Part shown: in pieces, positions 50,235 through 63,057 of the stretch
Layout of the letters: each line of letters opens with the position of its first letter
Numbering within the stretch: the stretch's first letter is position 1
Source of the DNA: Octopus sinensis
Lineage: Eukaryota
Direction of reading: 5' to 3'
DNA length: 64,000 nucleotides
Assembly (NCBI RefSeq): GCF_006345805.1
Contig: NC_043015.1
Coordinates: 45,756,001 to 45,820,000 of the forward strand
Position numbers and translations under genes: made by a program
Notes under the pieces: model-generated
Database searches by the model: none
Told to the model about the DNA's origin: nothing
Seen by the model: only the letters and a program-made list of their open reading frames with translations

Positions 50235-51444
50235 CATATATACGACAGGCTTCTTTCAGTTTCCGTCTACCAAATCCACTCACAAGGCTTTGGTCAGCCC
50301 GAGGCTATAGCAGAAGACACTTGCCCAAGATGCCACGCAGTGGGACTGAACCCGGAATCATGTGGTTGGTTAGCAAGCTACTTACCACTATATATAAGTA
50401 TATAATAATAAATATATAATCATAATTAGGGGCACTGGGGGAACAAAGCCAATACGCTAGAAGTAGATGTCAAATGCTTACAAACCACTCTAAATTTCTT
50501 TTCCTTTTGGCACAAGGCTGAATGTGGGGGAATGGACAAGAAGATTTATAAAATTTTGGACAACTCTATATCCTAAGATTTCCTGTTTTGTAATAAAAAT
50601 TACTTTACACTCATCTGTAGAATGATGAGAAAGAGAGGGAGAGAGAGAGAGAGGGAGAGAAAGAGGGAGAGAGAGAGGGGGAGAGAGAGGGAGAAGGAGA
50701 GAGAGAGGGAGAGAGGGAGGGCTGTGATGGTGAAGATAAGTGTTATCTCAGGGACACTTTGTTTTTGTTTTTGGTAATGGAAGGGATGTGTGGAGGCGCA
50801 ATGGCCCAGTGGTTAGGGCAGTGGACTCGCGGTCATAGGATCACGGTTTCGATTCCCAGACCGGGCGTTGTGAGTGTTTATTGAGCGAAAACACCTAAAG
50901 CTCCATGAGGCTCCGGCAGGGATGGTGGTGATCCCTGCTGTACTCTTTCACCACAACTTTCTCTCACTCTTACTTCCTGTTTCTGTTGTACCTGTATTTC
51001 AAAGGGCCGGCCTTGTCACTCTCTGTGTCACGCTGAATATCCCCGAGAACTACGTTAAGGGTACACGTGTCTAGGGAGTGTTCAGCCACTTACATGTTAA
51101 TTTCACGAGCAGGCTGTTCCGTTGATCGGATCAACTGGAACCCTCATCGTCGTAACCGACGGAGTGCTTCAAACATCAATGGAAGGGATAATATTGTCAG
51201 GGCGGTGGTGGCATAGCTGGAGTGTGTACTGCATGGGGCAGCTCTTGGATTTGCTGCCCACACCACCGCCCATACCCCTGCTCCTAATAAAGGCTTATAC
51301 AGCAGACCCTAAGATGCCGCCTGCCCATAATAGCAATGCTTGGGACTGACCGTTACACCGCTCCTCATCCAACTACGATACTGTGTCAAGGTCAGTGGCT
51401 TTGGTGGTTCAAGTGACCGGATGTACTCTGGCACTTAGTGGGTA

Positions 51445-51475
<31 letters not shown>

Positions 51476-51805
51476 GGAGAGAGGGAGAGAGTGGTTGGCG
51501 TTAGGAAGGGCATTGAGCTGTAGAAACTCTGCCAGATCAAGATTGGAGCCTGGTGCAGCCATCTGGTTCACCAGCCCTCAGTCAAAATCGTCCAACCTGT
51601 TTCGCTCCAACTTTCTCTCACTCTTTCTTCCTGTTTCATGTTCCTATGCAACCGCTGAGCCTGGATGCGCATTCATCCATCCGTCAATGCTCTCAGTGTC
51701 GGGGGTTGACCTGCTTTCTCTTCTGCGGGTCTTACGAGAAAGAAAAAGGAGAGGAGGAGGAGAGAGAGAGGGAGAGAGAAAAAGGAGAGGAGGAGGAGAG
51801 AGGGG

Positions 51806-51841
<36 letters not shown>

Positions 51842-51929
51842 CAAGTGGTTGTGAGCCCAGTGGAATCTAAAAGGATTAATTTTGAAGATTTCATCCTATG
51901 TGAGTGTGCAGTGTTGTGCTGGATGCGAG

Positions 51930-52120
51930 CGGGTCGCAAGTATGAAGGCTTCTTCCGCAGGAGAAATGGAGGAAAGGAAGATTCCACTAAATTGGTGGAA
52001 GTCCTTTTGGCAAGACACCAAAAAGGATCTGCTGTAGTGTGGCAGACAGAAGAGTTTAAGGGTCATATGAGTGGAGGATAGCCTTCCCTGTTTGATCATA
52101 GTCTTACAGGAGTTGTATCA
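51930..52120 (+). mobile_element. Degenerate RTE-type RT fragment
   Basis: RKIPLNWWKS....KKDLL*CG resembles GKIPxDWxKS...KGDxxxCGNYR; broken by stops. Confidence 0.4.
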
Positions 52121-54828
52121 CCGAGTAAAAACTACCCAGTTTGTAATGGGCGAATGGTTTTCTCTAAACCTTTTGGACCCTATTTTTCACTCAAACTACA
52201 TTATGGCAGCTATGAGTGAACCATTTCACCATTTGAAAGTCCTAGAAATCATAGAATTTCACAAAAAACCCCTCAATTTTTCGCCTTTCGTTTTTACTTG
52301 TTTCAGACATTGGGTTGTGGCCATCCTGGGGCCCTGCCTCGAAGGGTTTTGTTGAACAAATTGCTTCCAGTATTTATTTATTTATTTTTTTAAAGTCTGG
52401 TGCTGGTTCTAGACTGCTTTTTGCAGAAATGCTAAATGACAGGGACATAAACAAACCAACAACTGTTGTCAAGTGGTAGTAGGTACAAACACAAAGACAC
52501 ATCCACACACACATGCCTTGCGGGTGAATTTAGAAGATGGAAACTGTGTGGAGACTCATTGTATGTGTGTTTGTGTGTATTTCTTCCCCCATCCCACCCC
52601 ACCCCAAATAGCTGTGCAGTGGAACTGAACCTAAAATCGTGTACTTGCAAAGCCAGCTTCTTAGCAACTCAGCAATACCTATTAAATTGTTGTTTGTTCC
52701 TTCTCGAGCCATGCCTGGCTCATAAGGGCCGGTTTCCCGGTTTCCTTGGCGTATAGGTTCCCCACCTGGATGGGACGCCGGTCCATCGCAGGTGAGCTGC
52801 AAGATGCAGGAGGAAAGAGTGAGAGAAAGTTGTGGCGAAAGAGTCAGCAGAAGTTCGTCGTTACCCTTTGCCGGAGCCGCGTGTGGTTTAGGTGTTTCGC
52901 TCATAAACACCCAGTCTGAGATTCAAACCCGCGATCCGTCGACCGGGAGTCCACTGCTCTAACCACTAGGCCATGTGCTTCCACTAAATGTTCTTTCTCG
53001 AGCCATGCCAGGCTCATAAGGGCCGGTTTCCCAGACCGGGCGTTGTGTGTGTGTTTATTGAGCGAAAACACCTAAAGATCCACGAGGCTCCGGCAGGAGG
53101 TGGTGGCGATCCCTGTTGTATTCTTTCGCCCCAACTTTCTCTCACTCTTTCTTCCGGTTTCCTGTCCCCGACTTCCTACGCAACCACTGAGCCTGGATGC
53201 GCATTCATCCATCCGTCGATGCTCTCGGTGTTGGGGGTTGACCTGCTTTTCTCTTCTGCAGGTCTTAACGAATAGCAAAGGACAAACGTTTCCGACTTCT
53301 CTCACTAATGGGACGAAGACCGCTTCGCTCAACAAACAAACAAAGAAGCAGCAACAGCAACAACAACAACAACACGTTTTTTATTGCATCAGAGTGTTAG
53401 AAAGGCATTGAAAATTATTATATCACCGAATGTGTTCTTTGATATATATTTTAAAGACGACAGAATGTGATGTGAAGAAGATTTGGCTGCTATTTCTAGC
53501 GAATCGAGTAACTAACTGCATGCCACACTTTCCTATATAACTTGTAAGAATCTGACGGGTGTTAGTGGGGGTGGTGGTGCTCGGAAAAGAATATTTTATT
53601 TTATCCACTTTTATTATGTCAAGTAGGTGCTTGATGCACTGTAAATCTGGGAGTGCCGGATAAGGTCACGGGTACTATACTCCACCCTTCTCTGATTAAA
53701 CAACAAAAATGATTTCGAAATTTGCCACAAGGGTAGAAGTTTTTGGGGAGAGAATGAATCGATTACATCATCCCCAATGTTCAAGTGGTACTTATTTTAT
53801 CGACTCCCAAAAGGATGAAAAATAAAGTCGACCTCGGCAGAAATGATAATAATAATTGTTTCTTTATTACCCACAAGGGGTTAAACATAGAGGGGACAAA
53901 CAAGGACAGACAAGGGGATTAAGTCGATTACATCTACCCCAGTGCGTGCGAAACTGGTACTTAATTTATCGACCCCGAAAGGATGAAAGGCAAAGTCGAC
54001 CTCGGCAGAAATGATAATAATAATAATATGATATAAGCTTGGCCTGTTAGGCCGAGAAGCATTAATAATAATAATAATGATGGTAAATAAGTTGTGACTT
54101 ATGGTTAAATTTAGGAAGGAAATCGTCATAAATTGATATGAGATAATCGATAATTTATACAAGGGGCAGAATGATAAGCTCTGGAAATTACACATACTGC
54201 TGTCCATGTGTTGTTGAACACGCTAAAATACATCACAGCTGATAGACAAAGAGTCGATCTTAACTGATAACACACTGCTCTCTCTCTCTCAAAAACAAGG
54301 TGCACCTACATACACAAACACATACATAGAAACAAAATTATCTGATCCTACGACTCGAAAAACAGTAACCACACACAAGTAATCACACAGTTAGCTAGAT
54401 ATGAATCATGCGTCATCATACGCATCCACACACACACACAAAGCGATATTAATTTATACATACATTTAATACACATATAGATCTCGTATATAAAGAAAGA
54501 TATAACTAAAAGTATTACTATCACATAAGTCACGCAAGTTTGACGACAACGGAAATTTGGAAAAATTTAACTTAGAAAGGAAGATAATTAGATGAAACTT
54601 TAGTTCCACGTGACTCTGATAAATACACTGACACACACACACACATACACACACACTCACACTTATTCAGTATATATATTTGAAATATTCCTCGGAATTA
54701 TTCAAAAGTTTTTAGGTATCTCGATCAGTGTATAGCTAAGCTTTGAAGCAGAGTTAAAAGACCTATTTTTTCCCCATCACTTTTGTGCTTATCAAAGAGG
54801 AAGAAGAAGACAAACGGAATCGACAAAG

Positions 54829-55050
54829 ATGTTGCTTCGATTATTGATCTCCTTTTGCCTGTTATTGATCGGCGGTTGCATGTCCCTGCCGTTCGTTTCG
54901 ACGTCTCATCCCGACGGTGCCCACCTCAACCTGACAGTCCAAACAATCAAAAAATACTATGAAAATTTGGCCCATCTCTTTAACAACAGCCGCGCGCTGG
55001 AACTGTTTGGCGACATGATACCTCTCGACCCCGAAGTGTACATGAATGCG
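54829..55050 (+). CDS. First coding exon of an acid lipase (lysosomal acid lipase / gastric lipase family)
   Basis: ATG and hydrophobic signal peptide MLLRLLISFCLLLIGGCMS. Ends DPEVYMNA|GTAAGT in phase 0, matching the DPE-x-x-MN motif and the phase-0 intron after MNV of human LIPA (c.111). Exon 2 was not found in the window. Confidence 0.82.
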
Positions 55051-55207
55051 GTAAGTTACCATTTGTGTCCCCCCGCTTGTGCACACACACACACACACAC
55101 ACAAACACACATGCACGCACACACACACATGCATACACTCATGCAAACTATCCCGCAGCAAAATTCTCTCGCATTGCATAAAAATATGTAAACATCCATA
55201 TGCAGCC

Positions 55208-55483
55208 CGGTTACTATTTAAGAAGAGTGGTCCCGGTGCGCGCACTCGCGTGCCCGCGCATCCGCGCTAGCTAACAGCGACTGGCCGATCCTTACTTTGT
55301 GTTTTTGCGTTTTATTTACTTTGTATAAGATCCAAATTATTTACTTTGTATAAAAAAATTATTTATTTTGTTTTATTTACTTTGCTCTAAGGTAGTCGTT
55401 GTGGGATCGACTTGTCACGACTAGCTAGCGCGGATGCGCGATTACGCGAGTGCGCACACCGGGACCATTCTTAAATAGTACCG
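55208..55483. mobile_element. CpG-rich foldback/MITE with ~65-85-bp TIRs
   Basis: Left cggttactatttaagaa..tggtcccggtg.gcgcactcgcgt..cgcgcatccgcgctagcta pairs with 55422-55483. Confidence 0.8.
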
Positions 55484-55590
55484 TCCCCCTTTTATTTTAC
55501 CAAGACCCGAACATACTCTCACACATACATGCTCTCCCTAGAAAGACACACACACTCTCTCTCAATTTCCTATATATTTCCTTACATATA

Positions 55591-55810
55591 CAATAATACC
55601 TCGACTATCACGGGTGTTACGTTCCAACGCCACACCGCGATAGGTGAAAATTCACGAAGTAGAAACAGTACTGTATATATATTATTATTATTTTTATAAT
55701 TTGTATATATTTATTTTATTATACATGCAAAACAACACCACAGAGGAATCGACGTAAAGCTTAAATAATAAACCGCGATAAGTGAACCGCGATATGGCGA
55801 GGGTTTACTG
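55591..55810. mobile_element. Tigger/pogo-like MITE
   Basis: TA|CAATAATACCTCG ... CGAGGGTTTACTG|TA; TA TSD and Tigger-like subterminal CGCG motifs. Confidence 0.7.
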
Positions 55811-56397
55811 TACGCGCATTACAAAGAAAGATACACACAACCATAATCTCTCTCTCTCTCTCATACACACACAGTCTCTTCCAAAATGTAATTCCTTAGA
55901 CACACACACACACAAACAGTAGCATGATTTTGTGTCAATCAAACAAAGGCTTGTAGATAGTCGTATGTTGCCTAATCTCCTTTTTGTACCGAGATCAACA
56001 CACACACACACAAACAGACCCACGCACGCACACATTCACAAGCACACAGACCTAAACACACACACACACATGCATACAAACTATATGCATCCCTTAGAAA
56101 GATACACAATATACTCTCTTTCACACACATACACATACCTATTTCTTTATTGCCCACAAGGGGCTAAACACAAAGAGGACAAACAGGGACAGACAAACGG
56201 ATTAAGTCGATTATATCGACCCCAGTACGCAACTGGTACTTAATTTATCGACCCCGAAAGGATGAAAGGCAAAGTCGACCTCGGCGGAATTTGAACTCAG
56301 AACGTAACGGCAGACGAAATACCGCTAAGCATTTCGCCACATACCGTCGTATTATATGCATTATTTAGAACAACACATACATTCTTTCACTTTTTTT

Positions 56398-57031
56398 GGA
56401 TCTTTTCGGTTTGAACGGCAGTTTTTTCTAGCGGTGTCATATGAAATTGTCACCCATAATTATGACCCTAGTATCGATCTATTGCATTTCAATGTTTTAG
56501 GGTTAGTGGTGGGGGGAGGGTATTTTTTTTCTTCAGAAATGTTAATAAACCCAATCTGTTTCTTAAACGAGGGACATATTCATACGGCCCAGAATGTTTT
56601 TTTTTACCTCAATAGACGACAGTGATTGGTTGAAATTTCAGAAATTGAAGAAAAAAACCCCAACAAATATCTTACAAACCTATAGAATTTTCTCAATAAA
56701 GCCAAGAGAAAAAGATGTTTTATAAACACATTCTACCAGTATACGAAGTTTAACCCTTTCATTACTGTATTTATTTTGAGTTGCTCTATGTTTCTTTCAA
56801 TTACTTTGAATATAACAAAGAATTTCGTAAAATAACTTCGTTATCATTAAGCTAGTGTTAGGAACATAAATTGTGACTAAGGTTTGGTGGAAGATTTTAT
56901 TTCAGAACTTATGAAAACAAGACATTTGTACTACAGAGCCAGAGGCAGTTTCAGCCGGGTTGGTAACTAAAGGGTTGTGTTTAGTTACGTGGAAATTATT
57001 TTTAAAAACTGCCGTCAAACCGAAAAGATCC
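56398..57031. mobile_element. GGATC-terminal MITE containing a nested TTAA MITE (56754-56974)
   Basis: TIRs GGATCTTTTCGGTTTGAACGGCAG / CTGCCGTCAAACCGAAAAGATCC. An uninterrupted copy is at 61949-62362. Confidence 0.85.
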
Positions 57032-57084
57032 CCATTTTTAACCCACATTTCCGTACAATATTACTTCGAAAGATACATACATGC

Positions 57085-57360
57085 ACAATCTCTCTCTCTC
57101 TCCCCCCTCTCTATCTCCACTCTCATCTATCTCTCTACCCCCTCTCTATCTCATCTCTCTCTCTATCCTCCCTCTCTCTATCTCCATCTCCCCTCTCTCT
57201 CTCCCCTCTCTCTCCTCTCTCCTTCCTCTCTCTCTCATCCCTCTCTCCTCCTCCCTCTCTCTCTCCCCCCTCTCTCTCTCCCTCTCTCTCCCCCTCTCTA
57301 TCTCCATCTCTCTCTCCCCACTCTCTATCTCCATCTCCTTCTCTCTCCCCCCCTCTCTCG
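57085..57360. repeat. (CT)n-rich tract
   Basis: Direct inspection. Confidence 0.9.
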
Positions 57361-57619
57361 TATTCCTTAGGGACATCCCATCCCCGTCTCGCCTCACACA
57401 GACGGCAGCATAAATCTATTACGAATGCCGTTCACGTAACGCAAATACCAATTGCGTAGAGTACATAAAAACGGGGAGTCGACTGGCAACGAACACGTGA
57501 TGATAAATAAATAAATAAAGAGTTTTCTTTAAGTTTCAAACAACATCACCGGACCTGGCGACATTACGGGAATCTGTCGACGTAATAGAGAGATATTATT
57601 GTTTGAGAAATTAATGCCA

Positions 57620-58353
57620 CAGCCATCCTCTTTCTTTCTTTCTTTCTTTCTTTCTTTCCTTCCTTCCTTCCTTCCTTCTTTCTTCCTTCCTTTCTCCCTT
57701 CTTTCTTCCTTCCTTTCTCCCTTCTCTTCTTTCTTCCTTTCTTCATTCCCGTCTTTCCTTTTTTCTTCCTTCTCCTTTCCTTCCTTCTCCTCCCCGTCTT
57801 TTTTCTTTCCTTCCTTCTTTCTTCTTCCTTTCTTCTTCTTCTTCTTCCTTTCTTCTGTCTCCTTCATTTCTTTCTTCCTTCCTTTTTCCTCTTCTTCTTC
57901 TTCTTCTTTCTTCCTTCCTTCCTTCCTTCCTTCTTTTTCTTCCTTTCCCTTCTTCCTTCTTCTTCTTCCTTTCCCTTCCCTCCTTTCTTCTTCCTTTCTT
58001 CATTCCCGTCCTTCTTTCTTTCTTTTTCTTCCTTCCTCCTTTCTCCCTACCCTTTTTTCTTTTTTCCTTCTTCTTTTTCTTCCTTTCTCTTTCCTTCCTT
58101 CTTTCCTTTCTTTCTGTTTCCTTCATTTCTTTCTTCTTCCTTCTTTCCCTTCTTTCTTTCTTTCTTTTCTGCTCCCTCTTCCTTTCTTTCTTCCCTCTTC
58201 CTTTCTTTCTTCTTCCTCTCTTCCTTTCTTCATTCCTTCTTTCTTCCTCTCTTCTCTTTTTCCATTCCTCTCTTCATTCTTTCTTCATCCTTTCTTTCTT
58301 TCCTTCTTTCTTTCTTTCTTTCTTCCCTCCTTTCTTCTGCCTCTCCTTTTCCT

Positions 58354-58407
<54 letters not shown>

Positions 58408-58520
58408 CTTCTTTCTTTCTTCCCTCCTTCCTTCCTCCTTTCTTTCTTTCTTCCCTTCTCCTTTCTTTATTCCTTCCTTCCTTTCTTTCTTTCTTCCTCC
58501 CTCCCTCCCTTCCTTTCCTT
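57620..58520. repeat. ~900-bp polypyrimidine (CTT/CCTT/CTTT) tract
   Basis: Direct inspection; almost no purines on the + strand. Confidence 0.95.
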
Positions 58521-59764
58521 TATATATTAAGGTGTAATGAATGGCCTATATACTCATTAGTCCGCGCGAGCAAATATCAACGCGAATACAGACTCAAGGT
58601 AAAAGGCTTTAGAAACGAGTTAAAAGTGCTGTGGCGTGGAAACACGAGAGAGAGAGCAGCGAGATACGTAGAATTCCTGAAACCCAACGCGTAACCAACT
58701 GGTTTCTAAGCAACACGGCCATGCCTTACTTTATTATAAAATATAGGACAAGAATATTCTTGTATAAGTCAAATGATTTGAAAACTGAAGTCGTTATAAG
58801 AGAGTGAATTAACACCTCTTTTACTCTTTTACTTGATTCAGTCATTTATTTGACTGCGGCCATGCTGGAGCACCGCCTTTTAGTCGAGCAAATCGACTCC
58901 AGGACTTATTCTTTGTAAGCCTAGAAACTTATTCTATCGGTCTCTTTTTGCCGAACCGCTAAGTTACGGGGACGTAAATACACCAGCATCGGTTGTCAAG
59001 TGATGTTGGGGCGGGGGGACAAACACAGACAAACACACACACGTACACACACCACACACACACATATATATACGACGGGCTTCTTTCAGTTTCCGTCAAC
59101 CAAATCCACTCTTCAGTTGAGTGAGTTACATTGTTACCCCACTCGAGCCACTGCCAGAAAAAGAGTATCTAAGCATAGAGGGGACAAACAAGGATAGACA
59201 AAGGAATTAAGTCGATTACATCGGCCCACTTATTTAATCGACCCCGAAAGGATGAAAAGCAAAGTCGACCTCGACGTTTTCTTTTCTGACATAGGTTTGA
59301 CAACAGTTTGACTAGAGCTGGTAAGCCGAAGAACTGTACTAAACTCCAGTTTGTTTTGGGTTGGTTTGTACACCTCGATGCTTCCTTACACCAACCACTT
59401 TAAGGGTGTAGTGGGTACCTTTTACGTGTCGTTGTCACAGGTGTCTTTTACGTGTCACCGTCACGGGTGTCTTTTATATGTTACAACTACGATGGGCCGA
59501 AAATCATGCATAAAATAAGTTCAGCACGCTCAGGAATTGTCAAAGCCATGCTTCAATTTCTCTAAAATTGAATAAAATAAACAAAATAATGATGAATAGA
59601 CACGTACTTGCACATGATGAACATAATGATAACAACAACAACAACAATAATAACGAAATATAAATAAAGTGTCAAGCGTTCTTGTGCGTGACGTTTGCCC
59701 CACTTTTGGCCTTGTATATTACTTTACTTATGATATGTGTTTGTGTGTGTGTGTCTGTGTCTGT

Positions 59765-59818
59765 ATTTGTATATATCCTACGGCCGTTTCTTGAAACGGC
59801 CGTAGGATATATACAAAT
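59765..59818. repeat. Perfect inverted repeat, 26-bp arms with 2-nt centre
   Basis: atttgtatatatcctacggccgtttc-TT-gaaacggccgtaggatatatacaaat. Confidence 0.95.
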
Positions 59819-60966
59819 TCGATCTTTCGGCTTAAGTATTCACTTATTAGCTACCTATTCATCTTTTGATATTTATGATTTTTAATTGTATACTTTTAAC
59901 ATCCGACCTTTTTCTGTTTTGAAACGGATGCAAACGATCTCTTACGAATATATGTTTTATATTTTATATTTGTATATTTTTTTATATATTTATGTTTATA
60001 AATATTTTTATTTCTTTTACTTGTTTCAGTAATTAATTGCGGCCATGCTGGAGCACCGAATTTAGTCGAACAAAGACTTACAAAAAATAAGCCTCAAGGC
60101 TTATTCTTTGTAGGTCTCCCGGTCTCTTTTGCCGAACCGTTAAGTTACAAGGACATAAACACACCAATATCGGTTCCGAAGCCTCGTCGGTGGGATTTGT
60201 GCCACCGACGGTGGAAGTTGTGGCCTCGACCCATGTGGAGGAGGAATTTTTGGTCTTCTTCCGCAGGGGAGAGGCGGTGGGAAAGTTTACTAAAAAGTTT
60301 GTCAGGGGAGGAGACATAACTTGCATTAAAGATCCTGGATGGCCTCTTTAGGTAGCTGTGGAGGTCATCTCAGACACGAATCTTTTCAAGGTAATAAACT
60401 CCTTCCCAGAAGATGTATTCCGCTTCCGATTAAGGCGCCCTTGACTGGCACTATCGAAGTGCTTAAGTGACGCTTTGAGTCTGGTCGGGTGCCAGCGGGG
60501 CGGAAATTCGTAAAATTTATGGCGCGTAAGAGAAAATGTAAGAGGCCTAGTGTCTCATTTGTAAGGACATTGTGTTATTTTTGGTAAGAGGCTTAGTGCC
60601 TCATTGTAAGGATCCTGTGTCCAATGGAACATTAGTAGACGGTTTATTACCTCAAATTGTGTGTTTTGTCAAAGAACAATGTTTTCGAGAAGCAGCGACG
60701 GGGGCGTCGTCTGCCTTCCCTCATTAATACCATTTCTTTCATTATTCTTCTCATTAATGTTATTGTCCAGCCCGCAGCTACTACTTCTATGTAATGCCTT
60801 GAAGGCAAATTGAATGAAATAAAGTAGCATGCTTACCAACCACATGGTTCCGGGTTCAATCCCACTGCGTGGCACCTTGGGCAAGTGTCTTCTATTGTAG
60901 GCTCGGGCCGACTAAAGCCTTGTGAGTAGATTTGGTAGATGGAAACTGAAAGAAGCTCATCGTATA

Positions 60967-61037
<71 letters not shown>

Positions 61038-61948
61038 TCTGTGATTGTACCCCCACCATCGCTTGACAACCGATGCTGGTGTGTCTACGTCCCTGTAACT
61101 TAACGGTTCGGCCAAAGAGACCGATAGAATAAGTTCTGTGGTTGATCTGTTCGACTTTAGGCGGTGCTACCGCATGGCCGCAGTCAAATGACTGAAACAA
61201 GTAAAAGAATAAAAAAAAAATACCCCTCGACCACCTCGCATATATATGTAGTTGTAGACATCAGTGAGTGGTTCATAAGTTGGCCTCCTGACTATGTGCC
61301 GCCGTGTGGCACGTTAGGCAAATGGCTTCTTCTATATCACCAGGTTATCCAAGGTGTTTGTATGTGAATTTGGTAGACAGAAACCGTGTAGGCGGCGAGC
61401 TGGCAGAAACGTTAGCACGCCGGGCGAAATGCTTAGCGGTATTTCGTCTGCCGTTACGTTCTGAGTTCAAATTCCGCCGAGGTCGACTTTGCCTTTCATC
61501 CTTTCAGGGTCGATAAATTAAGTACCAGTTACGCACTGGGTCGATGTAATTGACTTAATCCGTTTGTCTGTCCTTGTTTGTCTCCTATGTGTTTAGCCCC
61601 TTGTGGGTAATAAAGAAATAGGTATTTGGTCTGCCGCTACGTTCTGAGTTCAAATTCCGCCGAGGTCGACTTTGCCTTTCATCCTTTCGGGTTCGATAAA
61701 TTAAGTACCAGTTACGCACAGAGGTCGATATAATCGACTTAATCCGTTTGTCTATCCTTGTTTGTCCCCTCTGTGTGTAGCCCCTTGTGGGCTGTAAAGA
61801 AATAAGAAACCGTGTAAAAGCCCGTTGCGAGCGCGCTAGGATTAAATGAAAAAAATATCCATTCAGTCACAGATGAAAATATTAGTTTCAAATTTGGTAG
61901 AGTCGACTGTTAATATCTGATTTTTTTTTCCGTCATGGGAGAAAGCTT

Positions 61949-62362
61949 GGATCTTTTCGGTTTGAACGGCAGTTTTTTCTAGCGGTGTCATATGAAATTG
62001 TCACCCATAATTATAACCCTAGTATCGATCTATTGCATTTCAATCTGTTTTAGGGTTAGGGTTAGGGTGGGGGGAAGGTAGGTATTTTTTTCTTTAGAAA
62101 TGTAAATAAACCCAATCTGTTCTTAAACGAGGGACTATTCATACGGCACAGAATGTTTTCATCTCAATAGACGTCATTGGTTGGTTGAAATTGCAGAAAT
62201 TGAAGAAAAAAACAACAAATATCTTACAAACGTATAGAATTTTCTCAATAAAGCCAAGAGAAAAAGATGTTTTATAAACACATTCTACCAGTATACGAAG
62301 TTTAAAAGTGTTTAGTTACGTGGAAATTATGTTAAAAACTGCCGTTCAAACAGAAAACACCC
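61949..62362. mobile_element. GGATC-terminal MITE with internal TTAGGG repeats
   Basis: TIRs as at 56398; internal tagggttagggttagggtggggg. Confidence 0.85.
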
Positions 62363-62988
62363 GAAAAAATATCTATTTAGTCACACTTGAAAATATTAAT
62401 TCCAAATTAAGTAGAGTCAACTGTTAATTATCTGATTTTTTTTCTGTCATGGGAGAAAGCTTCTCTGTATACGCTGTGTGTCCAATAACACAAATGATCC
62501 ATCCTTTCACCGATGTTATCCAATGATGGAAAATAACAACGATCAGACATTCACATTCAAATCTGCCAGACGTTTTGAAGAAGGAATAGAAACGCTGTTA
62601 TTCGGATTCTCGCTCTTCTCCGTGTAGCTCATGAATTTTTACTGGAAAAATATTTCAGGATGTTACCGCATTACAAGGGGAAATAACTCAGTTAACAGCG
62701 TGGAAGCGAGGTAACTCGGTAAATTCCACCGTTCGATGAAGTTTAATGAAATGTTTCCGAAATGTTTCCAGCGGTTGAATTGAATTCCCTCGTTACTCAG
62801 ATACGAAGAATTTGACGTGCAATATGTGTGGTAAGTAGCTTGCTTACCAACCACATGGTTCCGGGTTCAGTCTCACTGCGTGGCACCCTTGGGCAAGTGT
62901 CTTCTACTATAGCCTCGGGCCGACCAAAGCCTTGTGAGTGGATTTGGAAGACGGAAACTGAAAGAAGTCCGTCGTATATATGTATATA

Positions 62989-63057
<69 letters not shown>

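Noticed and set aside
57599-58537. 312-aa Phe/Leu/Ser ORF and the opposite Lys/Glu/Arg ORFs
   Set aside because: They are translations of a polypyrimidine simple repeat.
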